A DNA stretch of 63,089 nt, counting the filler, from Candidatus Woesearchaeota archaeon (GTDB taxonomy: Archaea > Nanobdellota > Nanobdellia > Woesearchaeales > J072): NCBI GenBank assembly GCA_003695265.1. It is 7 parts of 7 records of this genome, joined end to end, with 100 filler letters (N's around TTAATTAATTAA, not from the genome) between each part and the next. Parts side by side here need not be neighbours in the genome. Positions count along the whole stretch, not along the records: positions 1 to 6,623 come from RFII01000062.1; positions 6,724 to 10,221 come from RFII01000064.1; 5 more parts are not named here. The stretch is one strand, 5' to 3'. The notes under the pieces are model-generated. The model was not told the DNA's origin and made no database searches. It worked only from the letters and a program-made list of their open reading frames with translations. A program made the translations under genes and the position numbers. This document shows, piece after piece, positions 1 to 9,462 of the stretch; position 1 is the stretch's first letter, and each line of letters begins with the position of its first letter.

Positions 1-102
1 ATTATAACTGATTGGTCTCATGAGTATCCTGCATTTACTTTTTTAATTGGATTTATAATGGGCCATTTATTCTGGAGTCTTGCAAGAAAAAAGAAAGCAT
101 GA
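1..102 (+). CDS. Phage small membrane protein, 3' fragment (contig edge)
   Basis: Frame 1 open from the edge: IITDWSHEYPAFTFLIGFIMGHLFWSLARKKKA*. Its stop overlaps the next ATG (ATGA at 99-102). Confidence 0.6.
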   Translation: MITDWSHEYPAFTFLIGFIMGHLFWSLARKKKA

Positions 103-434
103 AGAAAGTAAAACAAGTTGTGTTATTCACAAGGAATAATGCGCGGATTTTTTATACAGATAATGTAAAACAATTTGGGAATTTAGATATTGTAGTTAAT
201 CCTGATTTAAGTTTAGTAAAAGGGCTTCCTCCACATTATTGGAAGAAGAAAGGAAATAAGATAGTTCCCATGTCGAAGTCTGAGATGAATAAAAGATATA
301 AGCAAATAAAAGAAAGCATGGGAGATGTTCCTTTAAGCAAAAGAAAATTAGATGGTGCATTTATTAGTACGATTATTTTAATAATTTTATTTTTCATCAT
401 CTTGCATACAGCGTTTAAGGTTTATGGCATCTAA
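99..434 (+). CDS. Phage hypothetical protein with C-terminal TM helix
   Basis: 111-aa ORF coupled to both neighbours; hydrophobic C-terminus. Confidence 0.7.
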   Translation: MKKVKQVVLFTRNNARIFYTDNVKQFGNLDIVVNPDLSLVKGLPPHYWKKKGNKIVPMSKSEMNKRYKQIKESMGDVPLSKRKLDGAFISTIILIILFFIILHTAFKVYGI

Positions 435-1755
435 TAAAAAAGTAATTACGATACCGTATCATCCAAGGCCTTTTCAAAAAAGACTGCATAATTCTTTACG
501 AAGGTTTAATGTGGTAGTTGCTCACAGGCGTTTTGGAAAGACTTGGTTTGCATTAAGTGAAATGATTGATAGGGCTTTTAGAAATCCTTTAAGAAATCCC
601 CAGTATGCATATATTGCTCCCAACTATGGTCAAGCAAAAAGGGTTGCGTGGGATATTCTAAAAGATTTTTTAAAAGTATTTGGGAAGAGTGTTGAATTTT
701 TCGAAAGAGAATTAAGAGCTGACGTAACGCTTGGGGATAAGAGGTATCGTTTCATTTTAATGTCTGCAGAAAATCCCGATGCTGCAAGGGGGATGTATTT
801 AGACGGGGCTGTTCTTGATGAGTTTGCAGATCAGCCTAAAGAGATGTGGACCAAGATTGTTCGTCCAATGCTTTCGGATAGAAACGGGTGGGTTATTTTT
901 ATTTCAACACCAAAAGGAAGGAATGCCTTTTGGGAAGTATATGATTATGCAAAAAATCAAATGTTAGAGGATCCTAATAGTTCTTGGTTTTGTGCTTTAT
1001 ACACGATTGAGGATACAAAGATTCTTCCAGAAGAAGAGATAGCGCAACTTAAGAAAGATATGTTGGATGAAGAATTTAGGCAGGAGTACATGTGTGATTT
1101 TGATGTAGCCCTTGCAAATGCTATTTATTCTAAAGAGATTGCGCAAGCTCATGAAGAGGGAAGAATCACTAATGTGCCATATGATCAGAACGTTCCTGTA
1201 AGTTTAAGTTTCGACATTGGGATGGACGATGCAACAGCTGTTTGGTTTTGGCAGATAGCAGGAAAAGAAATTCATTTTATTGATTATTATGAAACTCAGG
1301 GGAAGGGGTTTCCAGAAATTGTAAAGGATTTAAAGGCGTATCCTTATGTATATGATTTTGTATATCTTCCTCATGATGCAAAGGTAAGAGAGCTTGGGAC
1401 AGGCCTTTCAAGGCTTGAGAGTTTTGAGAATTTAAATTTAGTAAAAAGGGGAAATGTTATTGTTGTAGACAAAGTGGATCCCATTGATGGGATTCATCTT
1501 GTAAAGAAGATTTTTAATAAATTTTGGTTTGATGAGAGAAGGTGTTACAAAGGTCTAGATTTGCTTAAGATGTATCAGCGTGAATTTGATCCAATGAAGG
1601 GAGTTTATAAGAAGCAGCCCAAGCATGACAAGTCGAGTCATGCAGCTGATAGTCTTAGATATTTTGCAGTGGCATATTATAGACACTTGCGTACGATTAG
1701 GCAAGAGGATAGAATATTGGAAGTAGAAACAGATTATGACATCTGGAGTGTTTAG
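424..1755 (+). CDS. terL: Terminase large subunit
   Basis: Walker A AHRRFGKT, Walker B AVLDE, coupling motif ISTPKG, nuclease motifs FDIGMDD and SHAADSLRY. Confidence 0.95.
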   Translation: MASNKKVITIPYHPRPFQKRLHNSLRRFNVVVAHRRFGKTWFALSEMIDRAFRNPLRNPQYAYIAPNYGQAKRVAWDILKDFLKVFGKSVEFFERELRADVTLGDKRYRFILMSAENPDAARGMYLDGAVLDEFADQPKEMWTKIVRPMLSDRNGWVIFISTPKGRNAFWEVYDYAKNQMLEDPNSSWFCALYTIEDTKILPEEEIAQLKKDMLDEEFRQEYMCDFDVALANAIYSKEIAQAHEEGRITNVPYDQNVPVSLSFDIGMDDATAVWFWQIAGKEIHFIDYYETQGKGFPEIVKDLKAYPYVYDFVYLPHDAKVRELGTGLSRLESFENLNLVKRGNVIVVDKVDPIDGIHLVKKIFNKFWFDERRCYKGLDLLKMYQREFDPMKGVYKKQPKHDKSSHAADSLRYFAVAYYRHLRTIRQEDRILEVETDYDIWSV

Positions 1756-1763
1756 GGGGAGAA

Positions 1764-2198
1764 TTGGGACTATTTGACGGATTTTTTAACATTGAAAGCA
1801 ACATTCGTCGTTTATTCGGGATGCCCACTTCTAAACAAATTAGACAAGGCAATGCTATAAGATTAGATTCTGCAGTAGAAAGAAGAAAGCAATCTTTATT
1901 AAAAGAAGCACAGAATGCAAACATAGATTTAAAAACACAACAAGAAATACTACAAAAATTTTCTAAGTTTGATGTTCCAAGACAAAACCCTCTTTTTGCA
2001 GCCGTTTCTTTAGCAGAAGAAACTAAAAAAGCAAAATCTCTTCTTGAAGAAGCAAAGCGTGCAGAGAAAGGGAGTAAGTTTGCATCCCGCCGTGCAATTG
2101 AGGAAACATTTCGTTCAATGATTGAAAGGCCTGGAAGAAAGCAGTTTCTTTTAAATAAACCTGTTACTGCCGATATTCGCACACTTTTAGGAGTTTAG
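1764..2198 (+). CDS. Phage protein preceding the portal (likely virion-associated)
   Basis: TTG start after a GGGGAG SD; ends RTLLGV, like small pre-portal proteins of BPP-1-like podoviruses (from recall). Confidence 0.6.
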   Translation: MGLFDGFFNIESNIRRLFGMPTSKQIRQGNAIRLDSAVERRKQSLLKEAQNANIDLKTQQEILQKFSKFDVPRQNPLFAAVSLAEETKKAKSLLEEAKRAEKGSKFASRRAIEETFRSMIERPGRKQFLLNKPVTADIRTLLGV

Positions 2199-2199
2199 A

Positions 2200-3828
2200 T
2201 TGAAGCTAAATGCAAGCCAGATTATTTCAAAAGCAAAAAAATTAAAACAAGAGCGTGCAGTTTGGGAAAGTCATTGGCAGGATTTAGCTGATTATATTCT
2301 TCCAAGAAAGAACGATATTATTACACGAAACAAAGTTAAGGGCAGAAAGAAGGGCGAGTTTCTTTTTGACAATACTGGGATGGTAGCCTGTGAGCTTCTT
2401 GCTGGAGCCCTGCACGGTCTTCTTACAAGCCCGAACCAAGTATGGTTTGACCTTACAACTGGCGACAGGCTTTTAGACAATGATCCAGAGGTACTTTCTT
2501 TTCTTCAGGATCTTCGTGATCAGATGCACATGATTTTAAACAACTCGAATTTTCAGACAGAGATTCACGAAGTTTATTTAGACCTTGTATGTTTTGGCAC
2601 AGCTGTGATGGTTATTCTTGAGGACGAGGACAAGATTGTTCGTTTTTCTGCAAAGAGTTTAGCGGATGTTTATGTGGAGGAGAACAATTTAGGTATTATT
2701 GAAAGTGCGTATAGGACTTTCAGGTGGGATGCCCGAACCATTGTTCAGGAATTTGCAAAGGGTGTTGACGAATCGGATGAGGCGAAGCTTGAGGAGCTTG
2801 TAGGCAAGGAAGTTCTTCGTTGTTTTAAGAAGGGTGACAAGAAGAAGTTTGAAATCATCCATGCGGTATACAGGGAGGATTTAACGAAGAACAAGGTTAA
2901 GCCATTTATTTCTCAGTATATTTTAGTAGATACGAAGAAAGTTTTAAAGGAGGATGGGTTTAGGACTTTTCCATATGTGGTACCTAGGTGGACGAAGGTT
3001 AGTGGGGAGATATATGGAAGGGGTCCTGGAATGAATGCGCTTCCTGAGGTAAAGACAGTAAATGCGATGACAAAGGCTGTATTGAAGGCAGCGCAGAAGA
3101 CCGTAGATCCTCCTTTGCAGATGCCAGACGATGGTTTTGTAAGTCCCAAGATAAATAAGCCAGGTAGTATTTCATATTACAGAGCTGGGAGCAGGGATCG
3201 TATTGAGCCTATTTTTCCGAATCTTCGAGTGGATGTAGGGATTGAGTTAACTAGGGACAGGCAGGCTAGGATTAGGGAGGCGTTTTTTGTAGATCAGTTG
3301 CAATTGAATCGGGGTCCTCAGATGACGGCAACTGAGGTGAATGCGCGGACTGAGGAGAGGATGCGTCTTTTAGGTCCTCTTCTTGGGAGGCAGCAAAATG
3401 AGTTACTTCGTCCTTTAATTGATAGGTTGTTAGACATTATGATTGCAAGGGATTTAGTGAATGTAGATAATGTACCTCCTGCATTGCAGGGTCAGAAATT
3501 GAATGTAGTTTACTCAAGTCCCATAGCTAGGGCTCAGAGGATTGATCAGGGTCAGAGTTTACTTAGGGCGTTTCAGGCAAGTGCTCCCTTTTTGCAGCTT
3601 GATCAGAGTGCTGTGGACAATATTGATGTTGATGCAGTTATTAAAGAAACTTGGAAAATATATGGTGCACCACAAAATGTATTGCGTACAGAGGATGAGA
3701 TAGATAACATTAGGAAACAGAGGGCGGAAGCACAGCAACAAATGATAGAAAAAGCTCAGGCTACTCAGGAAACACAGCAGGCTATTGAGGCTGCAAAAGC
3801 TACGGGAATTTCCCAAGCCACGGGATAA
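2200..3828 (+). CDS. Portal / head-tail connector protein (T7 gp8/BPP-1-like)
   Basis: Motifs PRWTKVSGEIYGRGPG and MTATEV...LLGP; 542 aa; downstream of terL. Confidence 0.93.
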   Translation: MKLNASQIISKAKKLKQERAVWESHWQDLADYILPRKNDIITRNKVKGRKKGEFLFDNTGMVACELLAGALHGLLTSPNQVWFDLTTGDRLLDNDPEVLSFLQDLRDQMHMILNNSNFQTEIHEVYLDLVCFGTAVMVILEDEDKIVRFSAKSLADVYVEENNLGIIESAYRTFRWDARTIVQEFAKGVDESDEAKLEELVGKEVLRCFKKGDKKKFEIIHAVYREDLTKNKVKPFISQYILVDTKKVLKEDGFRTFPYVVPRWTKVSGEIYGRGPGMNALPEVKTVNAMTKAVLKAAQKTVDPPLQMPDDGFVSPKINKPGSISYYRAGSRDRIEPIFPNLRVDVGIELTRDRQARIREAFFVDQLQLNRGPQMTATEVNARTEERMRLLGPLLGRQQNELLRPLIDRLLDIMIARDLVNVDNVPPALQGQKLNVVYSSPIARAQRIDQGQSLLRAFQASAPFLQLDQSAVDNIDVDAVIKETWKIYGAPQNVLRTEDEIDNIRKQRAEAQQQMIEKAQATQETQQAIEAAKATGISQATG

Positions 3829-3831
3829 TAA

Positions 3832-4086
3832 ATGAATGAAGAAGATATTGATTTAATACAGGCGTATAAGACTGTATTTAGTTCTCCAGAAGGTAAGAAA
3901 GTGCTCTCTCATTTAATGAGGTCGCATGGTTTTTATTCCACCTCTTTTGTGGAAGGGGATATGTTTGCAACGGCTTTTAATGAAGGTGGAAGAAATGTTG
4001 TCATGCAGATTTTAAAAAAGATAAACATTAACTTAGATGAACTTGAAAAACAAATTTTAGAAGGAGAGTCTTTATATGTCTGGTGA
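3832..4086 (+). CDS. Bbp19-like small phage protein
   Basis: YKTVFSSPEGKKVL...AFNEGGRNVV pattern; lies between portal and scaffold. Confidence 0.7.
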   Translation: MNEEDIDLIQAYKTVFSSPEGKKVLSHLMRSHGFYSTSFVEGDMFATAFNEGGRNVVMQILKKININLDELEKQILEGESLYVW

Positions 4087-4966
4087 AGAAGGAACTCAAA
4101 GTCTTTTAAATACCGAAGATACGGGTACAGCACAACAGCCGCAGGCTACGCAGGAGACTTCAAAAGATCCCGCCCCTGCAAGCACTCCACAGGCTTCAGA
4201 ACCTGTTAAGGTTGATTGGTCTAAAGTTAGAGAAAGTTTACCTGAAGATTTAAGAAACGATAAAAGTCTTGAAACTATTAAGGACATTGAAGGATTAGTT
4301 AAAAGTTATATTCATGCACAAAAAGCAATTGGAAAAGAGAAGATTCCTCTTCCAGACAAGCATGCAACCACAGAGGATTACATAAATATTTTAAGAAAGC
4401 TTGGTAGTCCTGAAAAGCCAGAGGATTTTAAAGTTGGGCAGAGCGAAATTCTTGGCGAAGATTTTGTAAAAGATTTTTTAAATGACGCTGCAAAAAATGG
4501 TCTTCTTCCATGGCAGGCGGAGTCTATTTTAAAAGATATTGAAAAGCATGTTTCAGAAACTTTAGAACAGTCTAAGGTTCAGGAAGAAACTTATATTAAA
4601 GAAAACATAGATGCATTAAGAAAAGAGTGGGGTCAGGCTTTTGATGAGAAAGTACAAAGAGCCAATGCAGCTTTTAAGTTTTTAGTTCCCGATCCCGAGG
4701 AGCGGCAGGCGTTAATAGATCAGGGTCTTGGGGTAAATAAAGCTTTTATGAAGATGCTTGCAAAGGTTTCTGAGACAATGAAAGAGGATGACTTTATTGG
4801 TGTGGGAGAAGGAAAGTTTGGAGGCATGACTCCAGAGGAAGCCTTACAAAGGGCTAGAGAGATTCAAGGGGATCCCAATCATCCTTACAGAAATCCATCT
4901 CATCCCAATCACAAAGCTGCAAAAGAAGAGGTTGCAAACCTTTATAAGATAGCGTTCCCTGATTGA
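4076..4966 (+). CDS. Capsid scaffolding protein
   Basis: Acidic, low-complexity N-terminus, LRKEWG motif, C-terminal HPNHK segment; immediately upstream of the capsid gene. Confidence 0.8.
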   Translation: MSGEEGTQSLLNTEDTGTAQQPQATQETSKDPAPASTPQASEPVKVDWSKVRESLPEDLRNDKSLETIKDIEGLVKSYIHAQKAIGKEKIPLPDKHATTEDYINILRKLGSPEKPEDFKVGQSEILGEDFVKDFLNDAAKNGLLPWQAESILKDIEKHVSETLEQSKVQEETYIKENIDALRKEWGQAFDEKVQRANAAFKFLVPDPEERQALIDQGLGVNKAFMKMLAKVSETMKEDDFIGVGEGKFGGMTPEEALQRAREIQGDPNHPYRNPSHPNHKAAKEEVANLYKIAFPD

Positions 4967-4991
4967 CAGAAATTGCAGGGTATGAAATAAT
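4963..4991 (+). promoter_or_regulatory. Sigma70-type promoter for the capsid operon
   Basis: TTGACA (4963-4968), 17-nt spacer, TGn plus AATAAT (4986-4991). Confidence 0.7.
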
Positions 4992-4998
4992 TTTATGC

Positions 4999-5095
4999 GA
5001 GGGTAGCCGTAGTGTAGTCTCAACGGTCCTTATAGAGGCCGTGCCTCTATTTTAGAATCCGCTATTTAGCGGGGAGTTCTATTGGAGACAATATA
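4999..5095 (+). ncRNA. Candidate structured 5' leader RNA of the major capsid gene
   Basis: Three stems (4999-5031, 5032-5050, 5053-5081), plus loop GTCTC 5017-5021 complementary to GAGAC 5085-5089. Confidence 0.65.
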
Positions 5096-5123
5096 ACTTT
5101 TATTTCTAAAATGGAGGTAACAA

Positions 5124-6053
5124 ATGAGTTCTCAAATTACTACTGCATTTGTAAAACAATATAGTGCAGAGGTTTTTCACTTATCTCAGCAACAAGGTTC
5201 CCGTCTTGCTCCTCTTGTAAGAAACGAGTCCCAAAAAGGGGAAAGCGCTTTTTACGACAGGATTGGAGCTACAACTGCAATTTTAAAAGCTAGCCGTCAT
5301 GCCGATACTCCTCAAATCGACACTCCTCATTCTAGACGCAGGGTAACTCTTAAAGACTATGTATGGGCTGACTTAATTGATAAAGAAGATTTGCGAAGAA
5401 TGTTAATGGATCCTGCAGGAGACTATGCAAAAGCAGCTGCTTGGGCTATGGGTCGAGCTAAGGATGATGTTATTATTGCCGCTGCAGATGGAGATGCTTA
5501 TGGCGGAGTTGATGGTGGAACCGTTGTTGTTCATCCTAATAGCCAAAAATTAGCTGCTGTTTCTGGTGGTGCTTTTGTTGATATGAACGTTGGTCTTCTT
5601 CGTGGAGTTAAAAAGATTTTCGATAGCAACGATGTTGATGAAAGCATTCCTCGTCATGCTGCCATTACTTCAAGCCAATTGGAAAGCTTGCTATCTACTA
5701 CTGAGGTTACTAGTGCTGATTACAACACTGTTCGAACTTTAGTTATGGGTGAAATTGATACTTTCTTAGGATTCAAATTCATCCGAACTGAGCGTTTATT
5801 AACTCAAGTAGATGCCCTTTCTGCAGATCCTACCACTGGGATTGTTGGTACTGGTTCTTCTATTGTTGGTCAACGTCGTTGTATCTTCTGGGCTCAAGAT
5901 GGTTTACTTTTAGCTACTGCTGAGGATATCATGACTGAGATTGAGCGTCGTCCTGATAAGAACTACTCAACTCAAGTGTATGTTTCTATGGGAATCGGTG
6001 CTACTCGAATGGAAGAAGAAAAAGTAGTTATCGGTTTCTGCAAAGAGGCTTAA
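5124..6053 (+). CDS. Major capsid protein (BPP-1-like podovirus type)
   Basis: GGAGG SD; N-terminus MSSQITTAFVKQY...LSQQQGSRL; C-terminus GATRMEEEKVV; follows the scaffold gene. Confidence 0.9.
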   Translation: MSSQITTAFVKQYSAEVFHLSQQQGSRLAPLVRNESQKGESAFYDRIGATTAILKASRHADTPQIDTPHSRRRVTLKDYVWADLIDKEDLRRMLMDPAGDYAKAAAWAMGRAKDDVIIAAADGDAYGGVDGGTVVVHPNSQKLAAVSGGAFVDMNVGLLRGVKKIFDSNDVDESIPRHAAITSSQLESLLSTTEVTSADYNTVRTLVMGEIDTFLGFKFIRTERLLTQVDALSADPTTGIVGTGSSIVGQRRCIFWAQDGLLLATAEDIMTEIERRPDKNYSTQVYVSMGIGATRMEEEKVVIGFCKEA

Positions 6054-6070
6054 TTTTTTAAAAAAGGAGT

Positions 6071-6538
6071 TTGGTGATGGCAACTTATAAAGGTGTAAAC
6101 AGAACTAAAATTACAAGCGAACCTATTCAAGCAATCCCTAAAGGGGAGCAATATGGTCGTTTGCATGTAGCTTATGATGAGTACACTGCAGCTGGGGCTC
6201 TAGCTCTTAACGATGTTATTGAGCTTATGACTCTTCCAGAAGGTGCCAGAGTTCATGAAGTTATCCTAGATTCTAGTGATTTAGGCACTACAGGAACTTT
6301 GGATCTAGGATGGGCTGCTGGAGCAAAGGGCTTAGAGGCTGCAAATGCAACTGGGTTTTTCTCTGCAGTTGACGTAGCAACAGCTGCAACTCGAGTTTCT
6401 CTTGTGTCAAATGGAGCTCAAAACGCTGCAGGGTACTTAAAGAAATTTGCAGAGGAAGTCCTTGTTCAAATCAATGTTTCAGCTGCAACTACTGCAGGCG
6501 GCACCATTCGCGTAACTGTTCTGTACACAGTAGACTAA
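6071..6538 (+). CDS. Capsid cement/decoration protein (Bbp16-like)
   Basis: Ala/Gly/Thr-rich beta protein directly after the capsid gene, followed by a terminator. Confidence 0.65.
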   Translation: MVMATYKGVNRTKITSEPIQAIPKGEQYGRLHVAYDEYTAAGALALNDVIELMTLPEGARVHEVILDSSDLGTTGTLDLGWAAGAKGLEAANATGFFSAVDVATAATRVSLVSNGAQNAAGYLKKFAEEVLVQINVSAATTAGGTIRVTVLYTVD

Positions 6539-6543
6539 TTAAC

Positions 6544-6570
6544 AAGGGGCCTCTAAGGCCCCTTTTTATT
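6544..6570 (+). terminator. Rho-independent terminator
   Basis: AAGGGGCCT-CTA-AGGCCCCTT hairpin followed by a T tract. Confidence 0.85.
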
Positions 6571-6579
6571 GGGGGAAGC

Positions 6580-6623
6580 ATGGCTGTAAGTGCTGTAGAA
6601 ATTTGTAATAGTGCTTTAATAAA
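6580..6623 (+). CDS. Tail tubular protein A-like gene, 5' fragment (contig edge)
   Basis: GGGGGA SD, then MAVSAVEICNSALI, typical of podoviral tail-tube/adaptor N-termini. Confidence 0.6.
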
Positions 6624-6723
6624 NNNNNNNNNNNNNNNNNNNNNNNNNNNNNNNNNNNNNNNNNNNNTTAATTAATTAANNNNNNNNNNNNNNNNNNNNN
6701 NNNNNNNNNNNNNNNNNNNNNNN
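6624..6723. other. Artificial contig spacer (also 10222-10321, 30046-30145, 44213-44312, 48796-48895, 58486-58585)
   Basis: 100-nt N runs, each with a central TTAATTAATTAA (stops in all six frames). Confidence 0.99.
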
Positions 6724-7282
6724 AGATTATGTTTACTGTTATCCTCCTTTCTGTGATGAAATGCTTATTTATTTTAGGCAGGAACCTAGAGAGAAGCAGA
6801 GGTATTAATATTAAGATTACAAGCATTTTTACCAGGTAAAAGATGTTCACAGAACTACCAAAATACGCAAGAATAAATATTGGTGTAAGAAAGATTGACA
6901 ATAAGTAAATAAGGCTTTCTGAAAAAACCGCTAAGCGCATGTCTCCTTTAAGGATGAAAGTGTACGTGATAACAGCAACCGCTGGCGGTGTTGCTGCCAA
7001 GACTATGAGGCCAGTCACGTAAGCTGGGTTTTTTATAAAAAGAAGCGTTAGAAAAATCCAGAGCAAAGAGTTGAAGAAAGTGAGAAACATTGTGAAGACA
7101 ATTTCAGGAATTTCCTTCTTTTCAGGCATTGAGAGTTTTATGCCTTCCAACGAGAATGTCATTGCCACGAACAAAAGAAGAGTTATGTAAGGCTTAAGCG
7201 CCTCGGAATAGGTGGGAGCAACAAGGCCAAGGAGGATTCCAATAAGAAACATCAAGCCGCTGTTCTGGAGAATGTTTTTCAT
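6724..7282 (-). CDS. Bile acid:sodium symporter family transporter, truncated at contig edge
   Basis: Multi-TM protein with GLIVLAATPPA...GD motif. Confidence 0.75.
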
Positions 7283-7405
7283 GAAATCATCTGGAACAAG
7301 TTGGTTTATAAGGTTTTTGGTAATCCCAACAAAAAACTTTATATACTAAAAGACACCTATGAATTGCATACAAAAATAAATTATTGTCAAAGGAGGTGTT
7401 TCATA

Positions 7406-7633
7406 TTGGTCGAGAGCAACAAATCAATCCTAACAAAAGTTGAGTGGTGGTCTTTGGCAGGAGCCTACGGCACTGGAATAATGTCAATCCTGTTTTTGAT
7501 TACATGGCTTAGGTATATGAGCAGCGGCTTATTCTCTCCATTCACGCCAGCACTAGTTGCTATAGGAATCGGGTTGTCAGTTCTTCTCTTTGGAATTGCT
7601 TACGAGATCAAAAAAGTTCTGAGGACACTTTAA
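7406..7633 (+). CDS. Small two-TM membrane protein
   Basis: AGGAGGTG SD upstream of an in-frame TTG at 7406; two hydrophobic helices. Confidence 0.6.
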   Translation: MVESNKSILTKVEWWSLAGAYGTGIMSILFLITWLRYMSSGLFSPFTPALVAIGIGLSVLLFGIAYEIKKVLRTL

Positions 7634-7691
7634 ATTTTTAAATTAATTTTTAGAAACCTTTTTAAAACACTCCTTTTTCTTTTAGCGCACA

Positions 7692-7928
7692 ATGGCATAT
7701 GACAAGAATTTGGACAAGCAATTATTCTCTGAGACAAAAGAGTTTGACACTACAAGGATTACTGTTAGTATTATGCAGTACAACGAGGGCGACAAAAAAA
7801 TCCAGATATCAAGGGAAGACCGCACTCAGGAAGGTGAGTGGAGGTTTGCAAAGCTTGGCAGGTTATTCAAGGAAGAGGCAGAGGCACTTGTTCCAATGCT
7901 GCAAAAAGCAGTTGAGAATCTTGATTAA
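7692..7928 (+). CDS. Small conserved protein, possibly PC4/PUR-like nucleic-acid binder
   Basis: 78 aa, beta-strands then a helix (KIQISRE...FAKLGRL); TATA-like box upstream. Fold is inferred. Confidence 0.55.
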   Translation: MAYDKNLDKQLFSETKEFDTTRITVSIMQYNEGDKKIQISREDRTQEGEWRFAKLGRLFKEEAEALVPMLQKAVENLD

Positions 7929-8140
7929 AGCAGCGGGTGAAACCCTTTCTTCAGGTAAACTTTTTGCACAGAACCATACTCAGTGGTAACTCTCTCAGCA
8001 GGTGCCTTGCTCTTAAAACAGTATTTTTCTGGCTGTTGTGTTTTTTCTATATTCACCGACTTCTCACTTCGTGGTTGTGGAACAAACATTAATAAGAGAA
8101 GGACCGCTATAAAAAACATAATCTTGTATAAAGACTTCAA
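7925..8140 (-). CDS. Small hypothetical exported protein
   Basis: N-terminal hydrophobic signal; GGGGTG SD upstream. Confidence 0.5.
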   Translation of the reverse strand: MKSLYKIMFFIAVLLLLMFVPQPRSEKSVNIEKTQQPEKYCFKSKAPAERVTTEYGSVQKVYLKKGFHPLL

Positions 8141-8233
8141 AAACCATCACCCCCCTGAAATCATAGGAATAATAGAATGGTATTTATAATTTACGAAATT
8201 ACTGTTTTTTTTAAAGCATGTCAAAAGAGGTTA

Positions 8234-8788
8234 TTAGGAAGGTTTTAGAATTCTTGATAATGACGGCCATCTGGGGACTCTGCTAATGTACGATTTGTAT
8301 TTGTCAGAAAATAAGGCAAGGTTCTTTCTTTCTTCTACTTCAGCACATTTCTGTGTTAAACCAAGATAAGCTGCGAAAGCAACTGCTGTGTCTATTCCAG
8401 GAGACAATAATGAGAATCCTAAAGCAATAATAGTTTGCCCAAAATAGCAGGGATGCCTCATATGCTCATACATACCAGATTCGACCATTTCCCTATTGTT
8501 TTCTTCTTTTTGAGGATTTTCACAGATCCTTTGCATTTCTTCAGATGAATCATTTAAGGATTTCACATAGACACCTATTCCTGCGATTGTTAAGCCCAGA
8601 AAGGCTGCGGCTGAGTATAACGGGTGACGAGTCCAATATTCAACCAGGTTTTGATTGCTCAAGAGTGGTTTTGCAAGAAAGCTGAATCTAAGGTAATTAA
8701 GGGGAATATGTCTTGCAAAATTAAGGATTGTTTCTAGCCTACCAAGTTTTTGAAGATTTCTTTCTGTTTTTTCTTCCAATGTTTCCAT
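8234..8788 (-). CDS. Isoprenylcysteine carboxyl methyltransferase (ICMT/PEMT) family protein
   Basis: SGMYEHMRHPCYFG and EE...Y..YISRVPRW motifs. Confidence 0.8.
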   Translation of the reverse strand: METLEEKTERNLQKLGRLETILNFARHIPLNYLRFSFLAKPLLSNQNLVEYWTRHPLYSAAAFLGLTIAGIGVYVKSLNDSSEEMQRICENPQKEENNREMVESGMYEHMRHPCYFGQTIIALGFSLLSPGIDTAVAFAAYLGLTQKCAEVEERKNLALFSDKYKSYISRVPRWPSLSRILKPS

Positions 8789-8910
8789 GATTTGTTACTA
8801 CTTATAAGTAGTATATAAAGGTTTTGGTTTTTTAACTGTTTAAACAAGTTAATTTCAAACACGAAAAAAAGAAAATTTTTTAAAGGAGGTGTTTTGGTCT
8901 AATAAGAAAA

Positions 8911-9462
8911 ATGATGAGATTAATCCTTGTCAGGCATGCTGAGAAGACAAATCCTGCAAAAGGCAAGCCTCACTTAACGAAAAAAGGCCATATTCAGGCA
9001 AAGAACTTGGGAAAGCGGTTGAAAAGTTTTAAGATTGATTACATTTATTCCAGCGATCTTCTAAGAGCAAAAGAAACCCTTTCTTACATAAAAAAGCATC
9101 ACAAAGTTCCGGTAATAGTAACTTCCGCGTTTGAGGAGCTGGATGACAGTGTTGTGGACACGCCAAAGGCAAAGCTCGGCAGATGGAAGAAAAAAATGGA
9201 CAGAGCATTCAAGGCCCTTGACAGGATAATCAGCAGGCATGAAAACGAAACAGTCTTAGTGCTTTGTCATGGAATACTGATAAAATGCTTCATAGCCCAC
9301 CTTCTTAAGCTGGACCACAGAAAAGGAAAGCATTTTCATACGTCATTTACAAGCATTCATATTGCTGAAATTAACGGCAGAGATGTGAAGTTCTGCGCAA
9401 TAAATGATATTAATCATTTGCCAAGGAACATGATTACAGAAGAATACATGAAATTTGATTAA
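8911..9462 (+). CDS. Histidine phosphatase family protein
   Basis: RHA motif, SSDLLRA, LCHG. Confidence 0.85.
   Translation: MMRLILVRHAEKTNPAKGKPHLTKKGHIQAKNLGKRLKSFKIDYIYSSDLLRAKETLSYIKKHHKVPVIVTSAFEELDDSVVDTPKAKLGRWKKKMDRAFKALDRIISRHENETVLVLCHGILIKCFIAHLLKLDHRKGKHFHTSFTSIHIAEINGRDVKFCAINDINHLPRNMITEEYMKFD

Noticed and set aside
424..6538. Stop-codon reassignment or capsid frameshift in the phage
   Set aside because: All genes are full length and densely packed in the standard code; the T/A run after the capsid gene lies beyond its stop codon.
6624..6723. Recurrent TTAATTAATTAA palindrome within N runs
   Set aside because: Artificial contig linker; adjacency across these spacers has no biological meaning.
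1..7282. Provirus integrated in the archaeal chromosome
   Set aside because: The phage segment is a separate contig; no att site, integrase or real junction is visible.
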